This document shows positions 27,869-39,439 of a DNA stretch of 64,000 nucleotides, one piece after another. The notes under the pieces were generated by a model, which was not told the DNA's origin, did no database searches, and was given only the letters and a program-made list of their open reading frames with translations. Both the position numbers and the translations under genes were made by a program. Source of the DNA: Zygnema circumcarinatum SAG 698-1b (Eukaryota > Plantae > Zygnematophyceae); NCBI GenBank assembly GCA_037447605.1, contig CM074812.1, forward strand, positions 62,001 through 126,000, in the 5' to 3' direction. Positions within the stretch are counted from its first letter, which is position 1. Each line of letters opens with the position of its first letter.

Positions 27869-28432
27869 GGGAGGGGAGGGAGAGAGGGAGGGAGGGAGGG
27901 AGGGAGAGGGCCGCCATGGCGCTGCGGAGTGCAGCGCATGATCGCACCTTGGCCCCTCACGTCCTGCTTTTAGAGAATCACGGTGTCATGAATTATTTCA
28001 ATAAATGGCCAGAGCAATGAGCAAACGCGAATGTCTCTTGTCGTCCGGGGCCGCTCACTCGCTCGATTGACTCGAGGGCAGTTGGAACTTATCTCCGAAA
28101 TTCGCCATAGCAGCCATTGCAGCAGCGCTTTCCCTCCCTCCCTCCCTCTTTCCAGAGGCGACGTGTTGCCAGAGGGAACAAGAGGCTGCCCAACAATCCG
28201 GTCCCCTTCGGGACAGGTCGCTACTTCGAGCCTCCGAATTACGACAAATTGTACATAGCTCCGTACAATACCCGTGCGTGTCCACTGTCGATCCCGGTCA
28301 GAAGGTTCGCACGTGTCGGCGAGCCATGAGGGTTCCGAGGGCACCTCGACTTAGCCATTAGCCTTTCGACTAACCATTTGCCACTACGGTCCCGCGTGTG
28401 GGCCCCGGCGAGTGCCTGCTGACGCGGTGTAG

Positions 28433-28695
28433 GCCACGTGGCACGCTGTGCGAGCCCGCCGGCTGGGTGCTGGGCGCGACGCGGCCCCGCCTCACGGCCG
28501 ACCACATCGACGGCTCTCCGCGCTACCCGCTGCCCGCAAGTGCAAAAATGGACGGTCCGATTGCGCCGTGGTGCTCCCTGACACGTCAGCCGTACTGTGC
28601 TGGATCGGCTACTGACGTGTCCCCTCAATCCACCGATATGTTCGTACGATCAAATTTGTCGTATTAGGAATGCCCACGTCGAAGTGACGTGCGTG
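28433..28695. promoter_or_regulatory. ACGT-core (G-box/C-box-like) cluster upstream of PNC
   Basis: GCCACGTGGC at 28433-28442 plus GACACGTCA, TGACGTGTC, CCACGTC and TGACGTG. Confidence 0.35.
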
Positions 28696-29279
28696 GACCG
28701 CAAAGCCGACAAATTTTGGGGTCAAACAAGCCATTCGCATGTGCGAGAAACAGTTCCCTGTTGAATTCTGAAACGGATTTTCCGGACATGGAACGCCTCT
28801 GCTGCCTGAATCCCTTTCCTTCCCTTCCCTTCCTCCCCCAGGCCGGCAGGGAGCCCTCGCGTCATGGGGAGGGGGAGGGGGAGGGGGAGGGAGAGGGGAA
28901 GGGGGAGGGTCTAGCGCTGGCACCGCCTGGAAGGAACTGGCTGGCTTCGGCTGGCTCATATGTACGGCAAGGGTGATTGGAGGAATTGAAGAATTTTGCT
29001 TGCGGTTGTCTGTTACAGCGACGCGAAGCCGAGCAGGCGTTGATTATTGTTGTGGGCAAAAACGAGGCACGAGGAGAGGAGGGAAAGAGGAGGAGGGTAT
29101 TCCTTTGTTCAGGGGGGTGTAAATTTAGAAACTGAGTTATTTAGGTCTGCGCTTTGAATGTGTCTGGTAGGTTGATGCTCTGGACGGAGCCGCGGTGCTG
29201 TCGGAAGGCCAGGCTCCGGAACAAAGGCAGAGAGATTCCTTTTTCTTTCAGTTTCGTATTTTAGAATAACGTATTAGCC

Positions 29280-31817
29280 ATGGACGCCGACCTGAAAGCG
29301 CTGACAGAAGCGACAGCTGGCGCGGTTGGAGGCCTGCTGAGCACAACACTCCTGTACCCGCTCGACACGTGTAAGACCAAGTACCAGGCGGAGGCCAAGG
29401 TGGGGCAGAGCCGCAAGTACAGGTGAGCAGAGGAGGGAAGTTGGCGAAGGAGAGTCGGAGGGAGAGGGGAGGAGAGGAGTGTGGGGAAGAAAGAAGGAAA
29501 GTTGAGAGGGAGGGAGAGGGAGGGGAGGGGAGGGGGGAGAAGGTGAAGGGGACGGGGGGGGGGCGGAGGTGGTGGGGTGGTGGGGTGGTGGGGAGGGGCG
29601 TTCAAGGGAAAAAGCGACGACAGGGAGTGAGCAGGGGAGCAGCAGGGAAGGAAATGAGAATGAGGAAATCGGACAAAGTTAGAGGGGATCAATTACTGAA
29701 TGAGGAGAAAAAAGCCAATAGCGAATGTGGAAAGCTTCGTCTGGGCCATTTAAAACGCTGGCGTATACATGTGCAGGTCGTTTCATTTGTGGCAGGTGCT
29801 TCGCTTGTCGAGTATAACGTGACGCTTTATTTGCCGCAATTAACAGGCTTGCGTTCTTGATAACGCTTTGCAGATCCATGTTAGATGTGCTTCGTGAAGC
29901 CATCGCTGAGAGACAGTTGATATCTCTTTATCAAGGCCTGCACACAAAGAATTTCCAATCAGTGCTGGCAGGCTTTGTATATTTTTACAGTTATAGCTAT
30001 GTAAAGACGAAGTACCTGGCTTTTACCAAAGTGAAGCAGATGGGCACAGGGGCCAACCTCGTTGTGGCTGCTCTTGCCGGAGCGTGCACTGCCATCGTCA
30101 CTCAAGTAAGGCGTCTACTGGGGAGTGAGAACACTGCTTTCATGTTGTGGAGGGGGCGGAGAGGAATAGTTAGGAGGGAATCAAGGCTGAGGTTTAGGAA
30201 GGATGGAAAAGTGAGGAGAGAAGGTGTTGTCTGGAGTAGGAGTGAGGAAAGAGGAAAGATGGAAGAGGGCCCAAGAGGGGTTGAGCAGCAGCGGGAGGAG
30301 AGGAGTGAGGAAGGGCAGGAAGAGAGTGAAAGGAGCGGAATGAGATGGAGGGGGAAAGGGAGAAGGAAGAGGGAAAACTCTGAGCAGCCTATGCGCGGCT
30401 AGCTGAGGACCAAAAAGTGCACGTGAGATCAGTGTTCTTGCCGCTTGTGGCTTCCAGTGAACCTCTGTATACATCATTGTACTCGCCCCAGATAAAGTTA
30501 ACTGCGGCATTACCATTTACACTTTGAAGGTATTTGTCCCTAATTGCCAGAACGTGTGGCACATCGGCCCCTGACTGTTCATTGGACGCCGCTTGCATGC
30601 GCAGCCTTTGGACACCATCTCTGCGCGAATGCAGACCAGCCAGGCGGGCCGCTCCGGAGGCCTTCTGGCGCTGCTGAAGGAGCGCGGCTTCGCGCAGGCA
30701 TTCGACGGCTTGGGGGCGTCGCTTCTGCTCACCTCCAACCCGGCCATCCAGGTACCTTCCAAAAGGCTACTAACTCGAACGATGGTGAATTGAGTAGCTG
30801 TGGGAAAAGCTGAAACTGGATAGGTATTGGCACTGCCAACTTCTTTTCTTGTGGTGATTCCTAATGTATGTCTGTAAATTAGTTTGATCTTGAGGGTGAA
30901 TGCCTCAATTGTTTTGGTACTACTAGTGGTAGGAGTGGCGGGACTTGAATTTCAGAGTTGTAAGCAGGTCTTGCCTCCGCAGAACGATAGAATGAACTGC
31001 TCCTCATCAACTGTCGGTTGTTTCCTCCTGTTACCTTTCCTGCAGTACACTGTATTTGAACAATTGAGAGAGCGCATAATTGCGCGGAAGCAGAAGCGGG
31101 GGCGTGATGCAGCACTGGCAGGCGGCCCCGTTGTCCTATCAGCTTTCTCTGCGTTTCTTTTGGGAGCACTGTCGAAAACTGTGGCGACTGTTGTGACATA
31201 CCCACTCATAAGGTGGGATTAGAGTTGTTTATTGTAATCTGAAGGGTTTTCCATTCCCGTGTTATCTTGTCAGGTTGGCCACGGAAAAGGAAGAGTGGAG
31301 AGTTGACTCGTCCCTTAAGCTAGGGGAAGGGCGCATTGTGCAGGTGCAAAGTGCTAATGCAGAGAGCAGATACGGAGGAGGAAAAGGAGCGACGTTCTGC
31401 AGGAGATTGCACTGCTGGCGCACCGAAAAACATGCTGCAGGTGCGTCAAGTTTGTGTTTACTTCCTCACTACACCAAAGACACCACGGCGGGAATGAAAT
31501 GGAGGATAGGACTCATGTTTCGAGAGGATGGGATGGGGGGGGCGCAGGCCTTCCGCATCATATGGCACAGCGAGGGGGTGGGCGGCTTCTACAAAGGCAT
31601 GCAGGGGCAGATCCTGAAGACTGTGCTGGCAGCAGCGCTGATGCTGATGATCAAGGAGAAGGTGGGCGAGGGCACGAGGAGCGGCATCCTTGCGCTGCAA
31701 AAGGCGTTCGCGCAATCGCAGAGGCCGAAGCCGCCGCTCCCTCAGCCCACGAACCTTCCTTCCTTGCCGCCGCTGTCCCCTTCCTCCGCGGCTCCCCTCA
31801 CAATCGCCGCTCTGTAA
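29280..31817 (+). CDS. PNC1: Peroxisomal adenine nucleotide carrier (mitochondrial carrier family), multi-exon
   Basis: [38 protein letters not shown]; [12 protein letters not shown]; [11 protein letters not shown]; LLTSNPAIQ|YTVFEQL; TYPLIR; [15 protein letters not shown]. Three carrier PX[DE]XX[KR]-type repeats are present. Confidence 0.92.
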
Positions 31818-33463
31818 ATTGCGGGAAGTAACTCTATAGGCCCAAGGGCCCTTCCTCCATCCTCCATCCTCCATGCTCCATCCCCATCCTTGTGCCATTC
31901 ATTCAAATTGCTAGAGCGGCTCCGCCCATCCAAGAACCGCTGCGTGTTTCAGCAGAGTTAGGCTGAGCGCATGCCACTGCCGGCAGTGCTGCAGCGGGGA
32001 GAGAAAGTCACAGACGCAGGCCTTGTGTGGAGTTGGATTTGATTTGGAGGTTGATGCAGTGCAGTGAGGTGTGTGCGGCGTAGTTGTGTTCACTCGAATT
32101 GTTGACGGATGTGGGCTAGTCAGTGTGACGACGACAGCTGCCGTTAAACTACGAAGTGTTTGCAATTCGAGTGTGCAGTTGAGGCAGCCCCAGGATAGGA
32201 CCTGCCCTTCTTCTGCAATTCAATTCTACCAAATGGGAAGAACAGGTTCCCTCGTAAGCTCAGGTGTTGCAGCAATACAATCAGATTGTTACAGCACTCT
32301 TACCGCACAGCCATGGCCGTACACTCACCCGCACACCGCCAGCAGCACGTGCAGCACCCGCAATGCAGCAAGCCCAACTTTCGAACAGCGGCGTACCTTG
32401 AGGAGCTGCGTCCTCCCTCCCATCCTGCCCATGTCCCCCCCCCCCTCTGCCCGCGCTTTGCCGCCATGGACAGCAGCGAGCAGCAGCGGAAGGAGAAGGG
32501 GGAATGTTTTCCTCGTGCGCGTACCGCTGCGATGTGCCGTTAACACGTCCCGCTCCGTTCATTGGCCTCTGGGGGGTGCGCGGACCGCGAGGCGCATCTC
32601 GAGGAGGGCGCCCCCCGGACGACCGTACGGGTCTCGCAAAACGACACGAGGGCCCGCCCGGACGAGCAGCCCCCGGACATGTCGGACGGGCGGACGGGCG
32701 GCAGACGGTTCCAATAGAGGCCTGCGATTGGCGGGAGCTCCTGCCAGCTGTTGGCATGCCATTGGCTGCCACTGGAGGGCCCGCGATCCCCACTATCCGA
32801 GGGAAGATGCGTGTCCACGTGGCGCGTTTTTAAATTATCCACGTCGCCTGATATTTTCCACCGTAACTCAAAATTCGCTGACGCGTTAGCGAATTTCGCG
32901 TTACTAATTTTTGATGAGCCGAGATTTTAAACATGTAGCGGCATTGTTTAACGGTGAACTGAACACTGAACAGTGAACCTCGTGATGCCGAACTGAACTG
33001 CATAACGGAACAGCGCGTGGACGTGAGGCGAAGGCGCCCTCGAGCGGGTGTGTGAACTATTCGACTGTGAGAGCACGCCTCAAGAGGTGGAGGGAAGGAA
33101 TGGACCAGCGAGAACTGAGAAAACTTGAGATAAGGTAAGAACCCACAAGGTGAGAAAGGTGGAAGAAGCGAGCTCACGCTGAAGCAGACGCAACCAGTGA
33201 CCAGTTTCACTCAGTTTTACAAAAGAAGGTTGAGGCATACTCATGAGAAGCCCATGCTCCATGCTGCACTCACACTGGCCAAACGTGTGCCTCTTTGGGC
33301 CGCATCCCTCTATTAAATAATTGAAATTACAACTGGTCTCTCATACTCAAGGCCAGCAGAAGAGTCCATGGTGGGCTCCCCAACTCTTCCAAAATCCAAT
33401 TACAAAAGCCCCAAAATTGGTGTTTCCTCTTCCGTCTTTATTGCATCGCCTTTCTGGCAATGC

Positions 33464-34453
33464 TTATACAATAGCTCCTAGAATGACGAGGCAGGCGGCA
33501 AAACCCGCCAAAGGGGAGTACATCACCCGCTTGGAGCTGACCGACTTAGAGGGAGGGGGCGAGGGAGCTGTGAGTGACGCATAGTTTGGAAGAGACGCGT
33601 TCAAGTCAAGGTTCGGGGGAATGAGGACGGCGGAGATCCCATGCACCGCCGTGGCATCGTCCGCGAGAATGTCCGCAGCCACGACAGTCGCATTGTTTGC
33701 TGAAATGGTTCCATTCAATACCGTGATGTTCACAGTGCTGCCCTCAATGCTGCTGAACGGAGCGCTGGACGACGACGGGAGCGCGAGCTGCTCCGTTGAA
33801 ATGAAAGCCGCTTCGATCGTGTCCTTGTCGACATACGCTGAGAGGATGTGGTACGCCAGGACCTGGTACACAACTGCCGGATTGCCCAAGAGCGCGGCGG
33901 TGGCAGCAGGGAGTGCAAGGAACGCCTGCATGAAGCCCAAAAAACCTTCGCGTTAGGGTTTGCAGGGCCCAGAATCGAGGAAATTAGGTCAACCGACGAT
34001 TGAGCAAGAGTGAGAAAAAATCTACAGAGCCTCAATCATGTGAAATCGAATGAAGAAAACTGAAGAGACTGCAGTTTCAGTTTTTACTTGCGCCATAGGC
34101 TAGAAAATCACACAGGCCTTGACATATTGAGGATTTGAGAAGAAGATGGAGGAAGCAGAAACAAAGCGGAAGCTGAATGTACTTACTGCATCCGTGGGGG
34201 CCAAAACTGTTTTATTCTTTCCGTCAGTGAGATTTAACGCTGTGGCGTACGTGGCATTGTTAAGAAACGACAGCAGCGTGCTGTAATTTCCCGCCATGGT
34301 GAGGTTATCAAGCACCCGGTCCGCCTCCACGGCGCCGTGCATCGCACCGTGGGCGGAGTGGTCCTCACCCATGTGGCCATGTGCGGGAGCGAGGGATAAG
34401 GCGAGAAATACCAGCAGGAAGGAGGCGAGCAGCACTCGAGAGGTGTCGGCCAT
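33464..34453 (-). CDS. Single-FAS1-domain fasciclin-like protein, secreted and probably GPI-anchored; exons 34453-34187 and 33925-33464
   Basis: Signal peptide; H1 motif TVLAPTDA|AF; LAYHIL; H2 motif AVHGISAVLIPP; many N-x-S/T sites; Pro/Ser linker and hydrophobic C-terminus. Confidence 0.92.
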
Positions 34454-34568
34454 GGCTGCCGGGGGGAGGTTACGGCAGTCAGACAGGCGGCCGGAGGGAG
34501 GGAGGGAGGGAGGTAGCCGCGCGATGGGCGGATGGGCAGCGGCGCAGCTCTAAGAGCGGCGGGCGACC

Positions 34569-34718
34569 GTACGGTACGAGCGCCTGGCTGTACACGCCAT
34601 TCGTACGGCGAATGTACGTCATGTACGATCCACGATCGTCGGCGCAGTACACCGTACGGACGTGCGCGAACCTTCGCCGGTTGGAGCAGGGATGGGACCC
34701 GCCGGCGGGTGGAAGTAC
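34569..34718. promoter_or_regulatory. Dense GTAC (SBP-box/CuRE-type) cluster upstream of the fasciclin gene
   Basis: GTAC at 34569, 34574, 34590, 34603, 34614, 34623, 34647, 34654 and 34715. Confidence 0.7.
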
Positions 34719-34740
34719 GGAAGGGGCTTGCGCGCTACTT

Positions 34741-36139
34741 GGGGTTTAAAAAAGGGTTGTGCTAAATTCACACCTTTTTTGTCTACACACTGACCTTTTT
34801 TCGCCGAGCAAATTCTATTTTAGAAAAAAAAAGGGCTAAAATCGAAAAATGTTTTTTTCACACCTTTTTTGTCTATAGACTCTATACACACTCCTTTTTC
34901 CGTCGGGCAGATTTTAGTTCAGAAAAAAAAGGTTTTGAAACCCTGAAAACGCGTCTGCCTTACTCTCCATTCCCTGCAAGGAGATAGCGCAACGCGGGTT
35001 AGGTCGCTACGCGGCAGGAGGTGATCGAAGATGAACAGCCATGAACAGAAAGGAGTGGTCCTCACCGTTAAGAATATAGCAAGGAAATCCATTCATTCAA
35101 TTCATTCATTCTGTCAATTGTGAAACGCATGCATGAATGTGTTTCACAATTGTTTGCATGTGTTTGGCCTCTCATTGTCATCTGAACTAATGTGGAGTGG
35201 AGTGTGGCTGTCCTCCCTGTGCAGGTGAACAAGTGATACTCGCGTTACAAGGAGAAATGGAGGAGGAAAAAGAAAGGGAGTTCAAAGGAAAAGGGTGTCC
35301 ATGTCACGGCTGCTGTTCAAAAATAAGGCACCATGTACACGCGTAGGCCTTATGCACGGCTTCAACGGAGGGAGCCATGGCCATGCACGAGAAATTTACG
35401 GCAAGGAATGTCTATAGAGAGGGCTCGCAGCTCGTTTCAATTTAGTGTAGAATTCATCTCTTTGTCTTAATGGAGAGAGAAGGAGGGCGAGCGAGGAAGT
35501 CTAATTCTTTTTCAAGTCAAGAAGCAAACAGGAGAAGTTGAGAGCGACAAGGGCAATTGTTTTGTTTTGTAAGGAGCAGAACCTTTTTGTGTGGAATATC
35601 AATCGAATTATGAGTGATTTGAATGAAGAAACGTGTCTAGAGGCCTTTGGATCAAAGCCACCCTGAGCTCGCCTGTTTCATGTCGGAAGAGTTTGCAGGC
35701 ATGTCATGTGTACCCACCATTCAAACAACGAAAACATGCTAAAATTTGTGCTTTCTCCTTTTCTTTTTCACCGAAAATCGATGACCTAGCATTGTCTATG
35801 TTCTTCAAGGCCGATCTCGCATTGCATCAAAGAGACGAAGAGGCTCAAAGAGGTCTGCAAAGGTAACTAACATCCCTCATTGTCGCAATGTCTCATGATT
35901 GTCCGAATGGCTCTGGCAATGCTTTGTGGAAATAAAATGCGTTTTTAGGGTTTCTAAACCTTTTTTTTCAAAAAATAAAATCTGCCCGACGGAAAAAGAA
36001 GTGTGAATAGACGAAAAAGGTGTGAAAAAAATATTTTTCGTTTTTAACCCTTTTTTTTCTAAAATAGAATTTGCCCAGGGAAAAAAGGTTTGTTTGTAGA
36101 CAAAAAAGGTGTGAATTTAGCACTAACCTTTTCAACCCC
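34741..36139. mobile_element. Non-autonomous DNA transposon with ~200 bp terminal inverted repeats (Mutator/foldback-like)
   Basis: 34741-~34952 is the diverged reverse complement of ~35938-36139 (shared GTGCTAAATTCACACCTTTTTTGTCTAC, GCAAATTCTATTTTAGAAAAAAAAGGG and TTTTTCCGTCGGGCAGATTTTA). Both termini read GGGG. No intact ORF or clear TSD. Confidence 0.82.
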
Positions 36140-36593
36140 GTAAATATGGTATGTACGGACGTATACGTACGCATCCCTGTCAACATGACGTCACAACATG
36201 GCCATGGGCATGGACATGGATGTCTGAATTTCTCCAATCACCGTATGTATCCATTCTCATTGCCACGTCAGCCTTTGGCACAGCCGCCAAAGGCAACGGT
36301 GGTTAGTCGACTAGTCCACAGCTGCACTGGCTTTGCTTGGTCAAAGGACAATGTTGACGTGGCCAAAGCATTCTCCACCCACAAGTCACAGCCGCTTACT
36401 AAAACGAACGCGGAGTCTCTGACTGACTAACGGCTGCTGACTGGTTAGTTACACGCAGCCAAGGCCCAAGCCGCGACTTTAGCCGCGCTGCTAGTTCCGT
36501 GGAACTGAACGGCAACTGCCGCATATATGTACACGGCGCGCGGCTCGCCACATGGAACGCCGCATGCGCCCCCTCGCCCGGCCCGGCCCGCCC

Positions 36594-39439
36594 TCAGGTC
36601 GGCCTCCCTCGCCCTCGCCCTCGCCCTCGGCCCTTTCCTCCGCTCGATTTCAATTTGGGCGATTTGAAGTGCTCCGCCGGCTCGAGCAGCGGCACGCTAC
36701 TGTTGTTGTCGGCAGTGATCTTCGGTTTGGACTTTTTAACGGGCCAGCTGTCCCGCCCGTTGGGGGGTTCCACGACCCGGAAAATATTCACAAGCAGGAG
36801 CGGATCGGGACTCTTTTTTTTGCTCAGCAACTGCACCACCTCCCCCTCGACCCCAAAAACAACGAGAAATAAGTGAAAAAAGCGAAAAGAAAAAACAAGG
36901 GAAGGGAGCGGGGGGAGACCAGTGAGTGAGTGGCGGTTTCCCGAAAGCGAGAAAACGTCTCCCTCCCTCCATGGCCGACTCTGAATCCTAACCCTAATTC
37001 CTGCACCCCGAACCCTAACCCTAATCCGACCTGGAAGACGCAGACGTCGTGCTCCTCGAGGCCGTGCGCACGTGCGAAGGCCTGCCAGCCCCCGCTGACG
37101 CCCCCGCGGCCCCCGCCCTTCCAGGCGGCCGCCCACTCCGCCCCCCCCGCGTCGCGCAGCCGGATTGGCCCGTCCTCGCCCGGGAGGTACTCCCGCCAGA
37201 ACCGGGCCGGCACGCCGCCCTGCCACCACCCGCCGCAGGGTTGGGCCGGGATCAAGGTCTGCTTTGGGTATAGAGGTCACGGGTTCGAGTCAGGACAGTG
37301 AGGCCTTGCTTGCTTGCACCAATCACACAGACTGGGGCTCCATGCTTCGTGAGCGCTGTTTTGCATGAATCGGTTTGTTTTTGTGCATGATGCTCATGTC
37401 ACGTGCGTGCTGAGTTACCAATATTCACAACCTCTCCAGCTTGCAATGAACTGCAGCATAGAAGAAGGGGAACGCGAGAGGGGGAGGCAGGGAAGCAAAC
37501 ACAAGGGGTGCTGCGTTAGAAACTCACAAACCAAAATCCGCGGTACACGTGGGATGGGAGAAGCCTCTTCATGAACGCGGGCAGCCTGCCCTTCTCTCTC
37601 CTCAGGAAGTCAGCTGCCTCCCCCCACGCCCTCTCCTTCTCCTCCTCACTCACGGGCCGCCGCTGCGAGACCCACTCCGTTGTCTGATAGACCTTCCCCG
37701 GAAGGGAAGGGCGCCCCTCCAAGCTTCTCCGGCTCAGAGCGATCACTGCCTCCGGGTCCCTCCAGACTTCACCATTGCCCCGCGAAGTCGGTTCTTTCCG
37801 CATTCGATAAACCGATTTTCTCACCGTTTTCGCCGCACTAACTTCGTTCGTCCTCTTCCTCTTCAGTTCGCTTGATTTCTTCACCACAAGCTCCTGCTGG
37901 TTGCTTACATTTTGGCGGTTTTTGGTCCTCGGTCTTAAGTTTGGTGCCTGTGAAAGTAGATAGACGAGTACAAAAGCCCCCTAGTAGTAAAGCCCTGTAC
38001 TCCTACGTATATAACGATTTCCAGCCACATCTCAAGCTGAAAACTGCAACGGATACCCACATCTGAAGCAAATGGCAATGATCCTATGCTTGAAACATGG
38101 ACACACCGATTCATGGAAGGTAGAAACCAATTTCATGACTAGCACATACCTCAAAAACGACCATTGAAAGTTCGGTATTTGCGGGCATTTCCGCAAGCTG
38201 TTCGAGTTTGGGTGTTTTCAAGTTTCCAACTTGATGCAACGACTCTCCGTGATGACCAAAAGGAACGATCTCTCCAAGCGGCGCCATTTTGGGTATTTTC
38301 AGAGCTCCAGCTTGGTACGATTGTTCCATTTGATACCCCAAAGAGCAGTTCTCCTCAAGCGGCTCCATCTTTGGTATTTTCAGAGCTGTAACTCGGTGCA
38401 ATGTCTCCACAGGATAAGCCAAGAAGGATACTATCAACAGTGTGCGTGTATGCGTGCGCGTGAATGAGACACAGAGAGAGAGAGAGAGAGAAGGAGGACA
38501 TCAAAGATAGGGGGGAGAAACTTATTCATGCTTTTATCACATTGAAGTCAACAAACACCTGAGACCTTTTGATCCTTTAATGTCAGTCCTGAACCACCCT
38601 CCTTCCTCCTCACCTTCCCTTCTCGAACTTGTTGCTTGTCTCCTTTCGCGCTCGTCTTCTCCCTTCGTCGCTCTGTCTCCCGCGGCAAGCTGTGAAGCTG
38701 ACGCGGCTCTAATGGTGCTCACAGAGAATGTTTGGGGTGCTACAAGCGTGAATAGGAGCACATCTCCCACCTGATAAGCTGAAGACTTAGCAAAACCTTC
38801 CCAGCCAACTGTAAAATATGCTCGAGCTGGAAGTTTGTCTCGGAGAATCCATTGTACAACATGCTTTACCCCATAAGCAGACTCAAATGTGACTTGACCG
38901 GATGTTGAATTGTCGAAATGCTTCTCAACAAAGCCTCCAGGCCATTCCTGCATGCCATTAAGTACGCAGGAAAACATTTGAATCGCTCTAAATCTGACAA
39001 TGTTCTGCCCAGTGACGACGCTATGCTCTCTGAACTTATCCAAACGAGGGTGCCTTAGGGGTTTTCTGTCGTATATTTTCATAGTCTTTAGGATCACTAC
39101 CAAGTCTAAGAGGATGAAAATGCCGAGTCACAGGGAACTTCACAAACTCTAAAACTTAAATAAAAAATGGGGAGGGGGAAGGTGGAGGTAAGGTTGTGGG
39201 GCTGGGGAGAGGAAGGGTGTCGGGGAATCTCAAATTTCTTTGAAGTTCAAGATTGTCGAATCTCAAAAGTTTTGGGATTTGAAAGGACGCACCACGCCCT
39301 TGGTTTGAGGGAACTGAAGGTGTGAAGGCCTCAAGGGTCGCAGAAAAGAAGGCTGCCGCGTCCTCAGCGCGCGCAGGCCCATGGCCCCCCATGGCCGCAT
39401 GGGTCGATACCCCTCGCTCGGCATGCAGTCCATCGCCAT
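36594..39439 (-). CDS. B3-domain (REM/VRN1-like) DNA-binding protein with two B3 domains, multi-exon
   Basis: B3 #1 PGGFVEKHF...VTFESAYGVKHVVQW...FTVGWEGFAKSSAYQVGDVLLFTL. B3 #2 PAFMKRLLPSHVYRGFWF|GGVPARFWREYLP...SGGWQAFARAHGLEEHDVCVFQ|LL...VNIFRV. Start position approximate. Confidence 0.88.

Noticed and set aside
28198-28220. Small GTCCC-CTTC-GGGAC hairpin
   Set aside because: Five-bp stem with no larger structure or ncRNA signature.
32071-32889. 272-aa plus-strand ORF
   Set aside because: No recognisable domain, non-ATG start and low-complexity GC-rich composition; probably a chance ORF.
38423-38432. GTATCCTT on the minus strand, resembling a U12 5' splice site
   Set aside because: It straddles an AG acceptor (GATAG|TATCC) and continues the B3 reading frame, so it is coincidental.
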